Shown here: piece by piece, positions 54,151 through 64,000 of the stretch
How the letters are laid out: every line of letters starts with the position of its first letter
How positions within the stretch are numbered: the first letter of the stretch is position 1
Source of the DNA: Octopus sinensis
Lineage: Eukaryota
Assembly (NCBI RefSeq): GCF_006345805.1
Contig: NC_042997.1
Span: forward strand, 90,768,001 to 90,832,000
Direction of reading: 5' to 3'
DNA length: 64,000 bases
The notes under the pieces: generated by a model
What the model was told of the DNA's origin: nothing
What the model saw: the letters and a program-made list of their open reading frames with translations, nothing else
Database searches by the model: none
Made by a program: the position numbers and the translations under genes

Positions 54151-54366
54151 TTTATCTGCCACGGTCTTTGATTTACTGCCACGAGCCGCTTCACTACTCT
54201 TTTTTTTCCGAATTTCTTCTTTTTTCTGCTCTTCTTCAGCCTTGCGTTTCTCTTCTAATTTTTTCAACCTCTCTCGCTCTTCCTTTTTCTTTTCTATTTC
54301 TTCTTCTCTTTGTCTCCTTTCCTCTTCCAATCTTAACTGATTTGATGATTCCACTACTTTTGTGCT
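54151..54366 (-). CDS. MORC2: MORC2-like exon ([27 protein letters not shown]...SKTVADK), charged coiled coil
   Basis: gtattgtag / gtgagt; 216 nt, phase 0-0; acceptor confirmed by retrocopy junction 17464/17465. Confidence 0.93.
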
Positions 54367-54824
54367 CTACAATACAAATCACAACTAATCACAAAATGAA
54401 AGTAACTAAGACCTGGTTTCATTTACTATTTGATACCAATGGTCCACAACAATTTTGCTTGTTGGAATGTAAAGGCAGGGTTGGGATACTTTGGGGCACT
54501 GAATCCAGATATGACATCAGTTTTTGTTTAACATGTTAGTTGCTAAGCACCACAGACCAGATACACAAAATTAACCATTTTAGTCATCTTAAGAAAACTA
54601 TGAAAGTATTTGTCATTTTGTATTGTACTGATCAAAAAGTCGCTTGGTGTCCTTAAATAGTTTTGATCATCATCTACACAAAGCTACCATAATTTTCACA
54701 ACAATAACGTCGCTTGTGTTAGTCTTTTAAAACTGAACTTGCTTCTTGTTATTGTGCCATGTTGTAAAGCAGCCCTTCATAATTATTATTGGTTAATGTT
54801 GTTAGCAATGTTAATGGTTATATA

Positions 54825-55650
54825 ATAATAACAAACTTATTGTATATATTGTTCAGGTGCACTACAGCTCATCAGAAAAGGGAGCCAAAAGTGCATGAAC
54901 AGGACATAGAATAATGCACAGAAAGTGAACAGTGAATGAGTTGTTTAAAAAAAAAGTGGTGGGGACATCAGGTGTACTGTTGGTGAATTTTGGGAAGCAT
55001 AGAAGTTTTGAAGGATATAGTGTCCTAACAGTTAACAACTGATGTGGGTAGTTTATTTTATGCTTCAGTAATTGTGATCAGGAAAAAATGTTTCCAAAAG
55101 TGATGGGTGCCATGTTTTTTTTTTTATTTACAAAATCATGTACATGAGTGTTAGACATATAAAATTCAAAAAGTTGCTCAAGGTTGTTGTTGTTGGAAAT
55201 ATGGTGGATAATCTTGTGGGTGTCTACCAAATCAGTTGCTAGATGTCAGATCTTTAATGTGTCCATGCCCAGAGAAGAAAGACATTCAGAGTATGGTAGA
55301 TGCCTGATAGCAGGTATTCATCTGGTTGCACATTTCTGAAGTTTCTAGATTGACATGCTGAGCAAGATAGGGTTCCAGACTGGTGATGCAAACTCTACAT
55401 GTGAATATACCATAGCTTTAAAAAGACAGCTGAAGAGTGGCTGACAAAGGTCTTACTGAATGATACTAACACACTCTTGGCCTTTTTGACAATTTTAGAG
55501 ATGTAGTTTGTCCAACATAAAATCGTTGTTGACAACGATGCCCAGGTAAATTCACTTGTAGACTTCTTAAGATTGGTGCTGTAGAAGGAGTATGTAAAAG
55601 CTGGGTTTTTCCTCCCAAAATACAAAGTAGTTCTTTCATTTATCAACAAC
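54825..55650 (-). mobile_element. Older diverged CR1 LINE 3' fragment, same family as 43903-45890
   Basis: Shares caggtgcactaca and aaaaaatgtttcc...gtgatggg blocks with many substitutions. Confidence 0.8.
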
Positions 55651-56598
55651 ACTACAATATTAATTCTTCATTTCAAACAATTCTGTTCATTTAAAACTGT
55701 AGTATAGACAATACCCTTTTTTAAAATGACAGTCAAGTAAATTGTTTTACAAAGCCTATACACTATAACCATCTAGTTGCTGCTACATTACAGTGAAATG
55801 TTCAGAACAAGATTGTAAGGTAATAAGCTTAATAAGGACAGATACCTACAACACCCTAAAGCATTGACATATATAAAGCAAGAAAATAATTTCCAGATTA
55901 ACTCCCCCTCCCCCAAACCAAAGTATCTTATGTACATTCGTAAGATACAGAAAGTATCAGCTGATAATTATTAGATGAGAAAGGTTGTAAAGTAAATAAA
56001 GTAAATTCTTTTGAAGGCATTGTTACATTTTTTGGTACTAAGAATTTGGCATTTCAAGACCCTAACTTCCAAGAATGGAGGTGAGTAGAGGTTGCAAGAA
56101 TGTATGGGAGAGTGAGAGATGGGGAATAGGTGAGAAGGTGAAATATAATGAACACGTGCTGAGGGAGCAATAATGCACAAGGAGAGTAAGAAACATACGA
56201 TGGAGAAGAAGGACAAATAATAAGGTATCTACAGGGCAAAGTAATGTTATATGTGGGTGGAAAAGACAGTATAAGGATAAGGGCCAACCATTGAAAAATA
56301 TTTCAGCAAGTTAAGTTCCCCAGTCATCTCCAGATATTCTAGAACTATAAAATTTAACTGATACAATGTAAATTAATTAGCATAGAGTCACCATGTCAAA
56401 GCAGCAACTATCAATCATAATCAATCAGTGAAAACACTTCTATACTTCGTGTATATATTAATTAATAGATGAATAATTATGCGTCATTAGCAACCAATAA
56501 TCTCATTCTGTAACAAGTTATTTAATCTAGCTCAATCCAAAAGTAGATTAATACAGCTGCCTATGTAAAATGTATCACTATCCTCCTTTTGTACTCAC

Positions 56599-56637
56599 CT
56601 GTAATTTTAGAAGTTTTGCTGTCTTTTTTTTAATATC
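56599..56637 (-). CDS. MORC2: MORC2-like exon (39 nt; [13 protein letters not shown])
   Basis: tttttttacag / gtgagt; both junctions appear spliced in the retrocopy (17426-17464). Confidence 0.95.
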
Positions 56638-57985
56638 CTGTAAAAAAAAACAAAGGAAACATCAAATAATGACAAACAAAAACTACAGGTTGTGAAAATA
56701 TCTTTCTTTTTTTTTTAATATTATCACCATTTAATACCCATAGAAAATAAAACATGCATGCATATACGTAAAGAGTCTCCTTATAAACATAAGACATGAG
56801 AAGTTGGTGTTAGGTCAACTTTAATTCAGTAAACTTCAAATCAAATCTATTCCAATCATGACTATTTTTCTTTATAGGAGTTTCAAGACTATATTTAACA
56901 CTTTTGTTACCATTTTTCTGTTGAAACCCACAATCTTTGTTTCAGCTACTTTTGAAAATAATGAAAAATTTAGTAAAATAACTGTCATTATTAAGCTGAT
57001 GTTTGGTACATTAATTAACATGAAATTTTGATGAAAGGTTTTAATTTAGATCACTTTAAGCAAAAGCTTCTTTGATAAAACCAGAAGAAGACTTAGGTTG
57101 GTTGGTATCAATAGGGTTAAGGTAGCAATTTGGCAGAGTTGTTAGAACATGGGATAAAATGCCTTCCACTTCTCTGCAATGAGTTTAAATCCCACAAAGC
57201 TCAACTTTAATTTCCTCTCTACAGGGTTAATAAAGGAAGTACCAATCAAGTACTGGAGTGGATTCCTCTTTCACTCTATTTTTTTCTATTTTGAGAGAAT
57301 TGTGGGAGGCCATTCACAGTGTCTGTGATATCAAAAAAGATTGGAAGCCCTACAGACACAAAAAAATTCACCAGCATTCAAAAGAGCTACCGACACTCCA
57401 AGACTGTATTCTTTCCATTTTTAAGATGGTGGGAGATAATTTGGAGGATTTAGCTGCTACTTCTGAGGGGCTTGTTCATTAACTAGTCAGTGATGTACTG
57501 TCTTTCCAAGTGGCAGTAGCTTAGTTAGCAAGGGGTGCAGCTACAACTGCAGCACGGGGAGAGAGGGGGGGGGGTCCATCTACCAGATCCACTCATGAGG
57601 CTTTTAGTCAACCTGAGGCTTTAGAAGAAAATACTTGTCCGAGGTACTACATAGTGGGACAGAACCCAAGACCACATAGCTGGGAAGAAGCTTCTTCATG
57701 GTGATAATGAAGATTTCTTTCATAGGCCCAAGGCCCCAAATTTTAAAGAAAACAGAGTCAACTATTTCAACCCTAGTACTTGACATGCATATTTTAGGAA
57801 AACCTAAGATAAAAGGCAAAGTTGGCTTTGGTGGGATTTGAAGACAGAATGTAAAGAGACGTCACTGAATATTACAATTCATTTAATCCACCATTGGGAT
57901 GGTGAATTAAATGTTGTCCACAAATAGTAAGAATAACAAACATTTCTTGAAGTAAATCTGCTGATAAAACCTCAAATCAACTTAC

Positions 57986-58079
57986 TTCTTCTAACTCTTT
58001 CTGTTTCTGTGCTTTTGATTTCATTTCTTTTTTGAGATAACCTTCAACTATGTTCATTTTCTGTTCTGCAGCTGAGCAT
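57986..58079 (-). CDS. MORC2: MORC2-like exon (CSAAEQKMNIVEGYLKKEMKSKAQKQKELEE), last CW Cys and start of coiled coil
   Basis: cctgttgcag / gtaagt; 94 nt = 1+93; 3' junction independently confirmed by the spliced retrocopy at 17425/17426. Confidence 0.93.
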
Positions 58080-58224
58080 CTGCAACAGGAAAAAGGATAT
58101 TGTACAGGAAATCATGTTCAAAACAGAAATCTACCTAATCCATCTTAAGGCAGAAAAGCTAATAATATCCTTTATAAGTGAACTACCTGGTTTACAATGC
58201 AGGTGACTTGGCCATAGCCCACAT

Positions 58225-58790
58225 AACCAGCTGTTTTAAGCATCTCAGCAGTGATTCCTGATGGGCCAGGGGCTTTTCCTGGCTTCAAACCCTTAATTGC
58301 TTTATCTACTAGGGAGCTGTCTATTCAGATAGCTGGTATCCTCTAATGGGTCAACATTTGGCAGGCTCTCCTCCTCCCATTCATTCTCCACATTCAGCAG
58401 TCTTTCATAATGGCTTCTCCAAGCCTCCTTCTTTTCAGAATCATTAAAAGCAGGTGTGCCATCATCCATGCAGACACATTTCTCTCCTGTGACATCATAA
58501 TTTTCTCTCACACACTGTCTTGCAATCCGAAATACCTCAGTTCTTTGGTCCTCACATCGCTGGACATTGGCAAACTTTTTTTCTGCTTCGTTCTTGGCTA
58601 TGTATACCTGCCGCCCAGCCTCCCTTTTGGCTACCTGGTACAGTTCCCTGCTACCTCCACCCTTCCAGGCTTTCCAGGCCTGTTTCTTTGCTCTAATGGC
58701 TTTGTCTACCGTACTATTCCACCACTACGTAACTCTAGGTCTGGAAAGGACTTTGCACCAACCACAGACTTGGTCTGTGGCACTCATTAT
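58225..58790 (-). mobile_element. RTE LINE internal ORF2 fragment (linker upstream of RT)
   Basis: FRIARQCVRENYDVTGEKCVCMDDG...EAWRSHYERLLNVENEW...IKGLKPGKAPGPSGITAEMLK. Confidence 0.85.
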
Positions 58791-59015
58791 AATTGAGTGA
58801 ATTAATTATATAATGTAATATCCAATTAAATAATTACACCTGTATTTTATAAAACATTTATTTTGTAATAGTTGGTGACATTTTATACCAATGTGAACAA
58901 AACTAAAGCTATGAAAAAGTAATGGCTTGACTGTTTATGATCGTGTGGCAAGCAAAAAAGAAAAGTGCCCAGAATCATTAGAATTTATCAAAATCATGTT
59001 CAAGTGAAAACTTAC

Positions 59016-59121
59016 TTGTTGTGTGAAAGATCAGGGTTCATACTACACACCCAGTCATCAGGGAATTCACGACCAACATTATTAGCTGAATAGGGAAGTG
59101 TTCGCCACTTCAGGCAAGCAT
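59016..59121 (-). CDS. MORC2: MORC2-like exon, CW-type zinc finger core ([36 protein letters not shown])
   Basis: ttttccttag / gtaagt; 106 nt = 2+102+2; CxxCxKWR...WxCxxN CW-finger signature, close to recalled human [31 protein letters not shown]. Confidence 0.95.
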
Positions 59122-59348
59122 CTAAGGAAAACAAATCAAAGAAAACAATTTTAAGTGTGGAAGGAATACGTTTTTTTAAATCTTTTAAAAATTGATGTCA
59201 TAAATGTGTATGTAATGTGTGTAATGGATATGAATATACATGGGTACAATAACAAGTATGTTTGTAATTAGATGTACACACCTAATCGTGTTCTGCAAAA
59301 AAGCATGTGACACGCTATATTATTGCTGTTGTAGTAGTTGCAGTAACA

Positions 59349-60141
59349 TATGAGGTGGTATTAATAGGTTCCTGGACAAGTTATGTTTAATAAAAAATAA
59401 CTTATTTACCTAAGTTTTAACATCATCTCCTTCAAAATAGTCACCTTGCGCAGCATGCACCAGTCCTAGTGTTCCCTCCACTTTTCAAATCAGTCCACAG
59501 GTGCTAAATCTGGGGAATAGAGTGGGTGCGGAAGCGATAACATGTTTTTGGTGAGAAGCTCACAAGTGAGGAGAGCTCAGTGACAAGGTACAGTGTCATT
59601 GTGAAGAATACAATTCTTCGCAATCTACAGATCCAGTCACTTTTGATGAAGGTCTTCCTTCAAACGCTTCAAAACGTCACAGTAGAACTTTCAAGCAATG
59701 GTCTGGCTCTGGGACAAATTCTCAATGCATAATACCACATTTCCAGGGGAGCCATGCTCACGGCAGGTTTTCCAGTTTGCTCATCATCTTCCAGGGATGT
59801 TCTTCTGCTTATGAAATGCCTGTGCCACCTGAAACATTGCATACAACCTGTTGCCTCATGACTGTAAACTTGCCAAAGTATGCTCAATGTCTCTGTAGCA
59901 GAGTTCTTAAGTTTAAAGCAAAATTTCACATTGGTTGTTTGTTCCTGTCCATGACAAAATCACAGACAACAGCATATTTGTGATCACAAAAACACAAATT
60001 TCACAACTTGCAAAGTAAACGCAATGATGTCACTTGGCACACTGCCTCGTGAAGGTCACTGCTAGCTCTCACTAAATGCATAACCAGGGGTTGTTGGTGC
60101 ACTACAGAACTAGTCCAGGAACTTTTTGATACCACCTCGTA
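59349..60141 (-). mobile_element. Internally deleted mariner element
   Basis: TIRs tatgaggtggtattaataggttcctggac / gtccaggaactttttgataccacctcgta with TA ends; N-terminal KFCFKLKNSATET...RTSLEDDE..GKP and C-terminal GDYFEGD remnants. Confidence 0.9.
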
Positions 60142-60184
60142 CAAGAAGTGTAATGAAGTGTAATCTAAAGAGAAAGCTACATAC

Positions 60185-60288
60185 CACACTGAAGAGTAAA
60201 ACTAACTTGCATCGCTCGTCTTCTGGCATATTTGGCATCTGAAGATGGTTGATCTTTCCATTTTGAGCTGATATAACCAAAATTAGAC
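60185..60288 (-). CDS. MORC2: MORC2-like exon (W-SNFGYISSKWKDQPSSDAKYARRRAMQVSFTLQC-D)
   Basis: ttttccttag / gtatgt; 104 nt = 1+102+1; resembles recalled human [37 protein letters not shown]. Confidence 0.92.
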
Positions 60289-61719
60289 CTAAGGAAAATC
60301 AATGGGAAAATAAGTCTTTTAGAACTATTTTAGAAATGAATAAATGCAATACTGAAATGGTGTTGGATAAATGCTTATCACTCAATGGTGTCTTGTATCT
60401 GAAACAGACCTATCTTTATGTGGGTTTTTTTTTTTTTTTTTGCTTCAGTCATAGGGTTGTGGCCTGCTGGGGCACTATCTCCAAGAGTTTTAGTCAATCA
60501 AATTGACCCTAGTACTTGTTTTCTTTTTTTGTTTCTTTAAGTTTGGTAGCTATTCTATCAATCTCTTTTGCTAAATCCCTAAGCTACAGGAGGGGTCGTA
60601 ACCAACACTTGTATTCAAGTGGTGAGGGGCTGACAAACACAGACACACATGTATGGGTTTCCACGCAGTTTCCCTCTACCAAATTCTCTACAAGGCATTA
60701 TTCATCATGGGGCTATAGTAGAAAACAGTTGCCCTAGGTGCTGCACAGTGGGACTGAACCCAAAATTATGTAGTTGCAAAGTGAGCTTCTTAACCACAGA
60801 GCCATGCTGGGAAATGCTTTTACAGAAGATAAAAGCAAAAGCTTCTATATTTCACAACATTAAGCATATAGGTGCAGGAGAGGCTGTGTGGTAAGTAGGG
60901 TTCCAGGTTCAGTACCACTGTGTGGCACCTTGGGCAAGTGCCTTCTACTATAGCCTCAGGCTGACCAAAGCTTTGTGAGTGGATTTGGTAGACAGAAACT
61001 GAAAGAAGCCTGTCATATATATATATATATATATAATGTATGTGTGTTTATGTTTTTGTGTCTGTGTTTATCCTCCCAACATCGCTTACAACCAATACTG
61101 ATACATTTACATCCCCGTAACCTAGCAGTTCGGCAAAAGAGACCGACAGAATAAGCTTACAAAGAATAAGTCTTGGGCTCGATTTGTTCGACTAAAGGCA
61201 GCGCTTGAGCCACAGTCAAAATGATTGAAACAAGTAAAAAAAAAAAGAATAAAAGAATCTAATTACTCAACATGCCTATTCATTTCTAGTTTTAGAGATT
61301 TTTGTCAAGCTATTTGTTTGCCGAGATATTTGTTCTTCTATTAACTGCATTAAAAGTTTCAAATAAGGGTGAATAAGGTTTTATCAGTCAGGTAATCTGG
61401 GACAAGCACCATTAGGTATATGTGAAATTGTCGATAGTCAGTGCCTCAAAAGCACAAGAGTGATTATGTGGTAAGAAGCTTGCTTCCCAACCACATGGTT
61501 CCAGGTTCAGTCCCACTGCTTGGCACCTTGAGCAAGTGTCTTCTACTATAGCCTTGGGCCAACCAAAATCTTGTGAGTGGATTTGGTAGACAGAAACTGA
61601 AAGAAGCCCATTGTATATTTTGTATATATTTAAAAATTAAGGGTAGAAATTGATATTAGTCAATTAAAACCAGTGGTCTAGCACATTAAAAAGAATCCGA
61701 AGATTAAAATATTTATATA

Positions 61720-62076
61720 TACCAATTAAGGACTGAACACGAAAAGGTGGACAGTCAACATGCTAGATATAGACGTCAAATCGCCATTCTCCACAAAGAT
61801 TTTGTTCTCAAATAAAAATGTGGAGAATGGCGATTCTGTCTACCAAATCCACTCACAAAGCTTTGGTCAGCCTGAGGCTATAGTAGAAGGCACTTGCCCA
61901 AGGTGCCACACAGTGGTACTGAACCTGGAACCCTACTTACCACACAGCCTCTCCTGCACCTATATGCTTAATGTTGTGAAATATAGAAGCTTTTGCTTTT
62001 AACTTCTGTAAAATGGCGATTTGACGTCTATATCTAGCATGTTGACTGTCCACCTTTTCGTGTTCAGTCCTTAATT

Positions 62077-62080
<4 letters not shown>
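61720..62080. mobile_element. Palindromic TA-flanked MITE carrying a templated insertion (61836-62011)
   Basis: 76-bp arm 61720-61795 matches 61819-61835 plus 62012-62080 in reverse complement. Confidence 0.85.
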
Positions 62081-62123
<43 letters not shown>

Positions 62124-63225
62124 TAATGTATGTATATCTTTGTGTCTGCTTCCACCCCCCAATCACTTGACAACTGATGGTGGTGTGTTTATGTCCCCAT
62201 AACTTAGCGGTTCAGCAAAAGATACCGATAGAATAAGTACTAGGCTTACAAAGAATAAGTCCTGGGGTCAATTTCTTTGACTAAATCCCTTTAAGGCAGT
62301 GCTCTAGCATGGTGGCAGTCAAATGACTGAAACGTAAAAGAATAAAAGAAAAGAATATAGATGGTCCCAACCCTATGTAAATGTATTTACATTCAATAAA
62401 AACTTTTTCATAAGGCCAAAACAATGCAAAATGAAATACAAAGTAAACCACAAAAGTGCAAACAGAACAACAGTTGAAGTTGTTCTGTTTATATTTTCAG
62501 CTGCTGCTGTTTCACTTTGCATTGTTTCAGCCTCATCAAAAAGTTTTTAATCTAATGTCATATCACACAATGGCTCACCATAATCATACAATTTTACACA
62601 GGGTTATTACCTGGTGATTACCAGAGTAGGTGACACTGCAAGCTGATTTTGGTGGAGCTACTTATCTACACCATTTGTCCCCACGACAAAACACAGTGAA
62701 TGGCGTTCTACTGGGCTCAAATATACCCCAAGCATATTTTAACTGGAAATAACCTTGTATTTATACATATCATGCCACCCAATAATTTGTATGCAGAGAA
62801 CCACCTTTTAGCGCTACCAGTCATTGAACAATAATGACAGGAATATCATAAGAGAGACAATCTCTCTTATCAGCCTGCAACACACCCTGTCCAATTTAAG
62901 TGGCTAAAGAGGAATGCTTGTAACCTACAGTCTGGGTAGGTAGCGCTACAAGCTGATTTTGGTGAATTTACACCATTTGCCACCAGTGAGAAATTTTCAC
63001 CATCACAAATATTGCCATCATCATTCTTAAAGAGGATAATTCTTGCTTCAAATACAACAGATGAGATGGACAGGTAACAGTCCACCATTTCTCCACAATC
63101 TACTTGAATGTCACATATAGAAATAATAAATAAATTGACAAAAAAATAGCTGATAAACATCTCTATCTTCTAATCTAAATAAAAACTTACAAAATTCAAA
63201 TGTAAACAAAAATGGATATATTTAC

Positions 63226-63250
63226 CAAAAGCTTGTAATTCCAGTTTGAT
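63226..63250 (-). CDS. MORC2: MORC2-like exon (25-nt microexon; xQTGITSFW)
   Basis: tttgtttcag acceptor, gtaaat donor; phase 1 in, phase 2 out; fits recalled human MORC2 AQRGIIKFW and joins in frame to 60288. Confidence 0.75.
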
Positions 63251-63311
63251 CTGAAACAAATTAAAATATCATCATCATTTAACATATTCATTACTTGTGA
63301 GGGTTTGGTGT

Positions 63312-63350
<39 letters not shown>

Positions 63351-64000
63351 GATGTGTTAATCAAAGTGTACGGTATTATATATTTATGGCCAATCTTACC
63401 AATCGGTTTCTTCCTAGAGATTCAACTGAGTGTTAGGTAATAGTTCGATTGTGTAACCCTGCACTCATCAGAGGTAGAATGGATGGATTGATAGATGGGA
63501 GTTATTGAGGTGGATTTTCTACAGCCAGATGCCCTTCTTGTTGCCAAGCCTATCTGTTTCAAGTTAAGTAATATTCCCCATGACCAGACATGTTAACATG
63601 GCAGATTAAAAATGAAGGGTACTACTTGCACAACGGGGTAATATTTGTTTCCATCTATCACAAAGTCAAGGAAAGGAGACAATAGGACACACACATACAA
63701 AAATATATATTCTTTTGTTTCAGTCATTTGAATGTGGCCATACTGGAGCACTGCCTTAAAAGGTTTTTAGTCTAAGAAATCAACCCCAAGACTTATTCTT
63801 TGTAAGCCTAGTACTTATTCTATTGGTCTCTTTTGTCAAAATGCTAAGTTACAGAGGCATGAACACACCAACATTGGCTGTCAAGCAATGGTAGGGGGAA
63901 AACATACGACACACAAATATATACATATACAATCCTTCAATATTTATGTTTACATATATTGCCCTTCAGTACTGGGATTTTCTTCCCTTATAGTTATATA

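Noticed and set aside
63420-63478. Minus-strand CTGATGA...CGAAC hammerhead-like core
   Set aside because: GAAA is incomplete and neither helix I nor helix III can be formed.

Overview
AT-rich, microsatellite-dense animal genomic DNA. Its SINE/LINE families look like those of an Octopus-type coleoid cephalopod (inference, no search run). The window is mostly introns of one minus-strand gene, a MORC2 orthologue. I could trace 12 phase-compatible GT-AG exons (63250 down to 16675; 1646 nt, about 548 codons) encoding the end of the ATPase/S5 region, the CW zinc finger, a coiled coil, a long basic/acidic disordered region and the chromo/Tudor-like domain. Both ends of the gene were not found and probably lie outside the window. 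The introns hold RTE and CR1 LINE fragments, tRNA-derived SINEs, two Tc1/mariner relics and hAT/piggyBac-like MITEs. Main observations: (1) a 1.78-kb partially spliced retrocopy of MORC2 pre-mRNA (17413-19187) that lacks two introns, retains part of the next, ends at the (GAT)n tail of an intronic RTE 3' end, and sits antisense inside a downstream intron of the same gene; (2) three minimal type-I hammerhead-ribozyme-like motifs in (TA)n-embedded repeats, one a clean fold with a G3-C8 compensatory core; (3) a 180-bp inverted copy of nearby intron sequence inserted with a 10-bp duplication into a palindromic MITE; (4) an unidentified coding-like fragment fused to an RTE tail.
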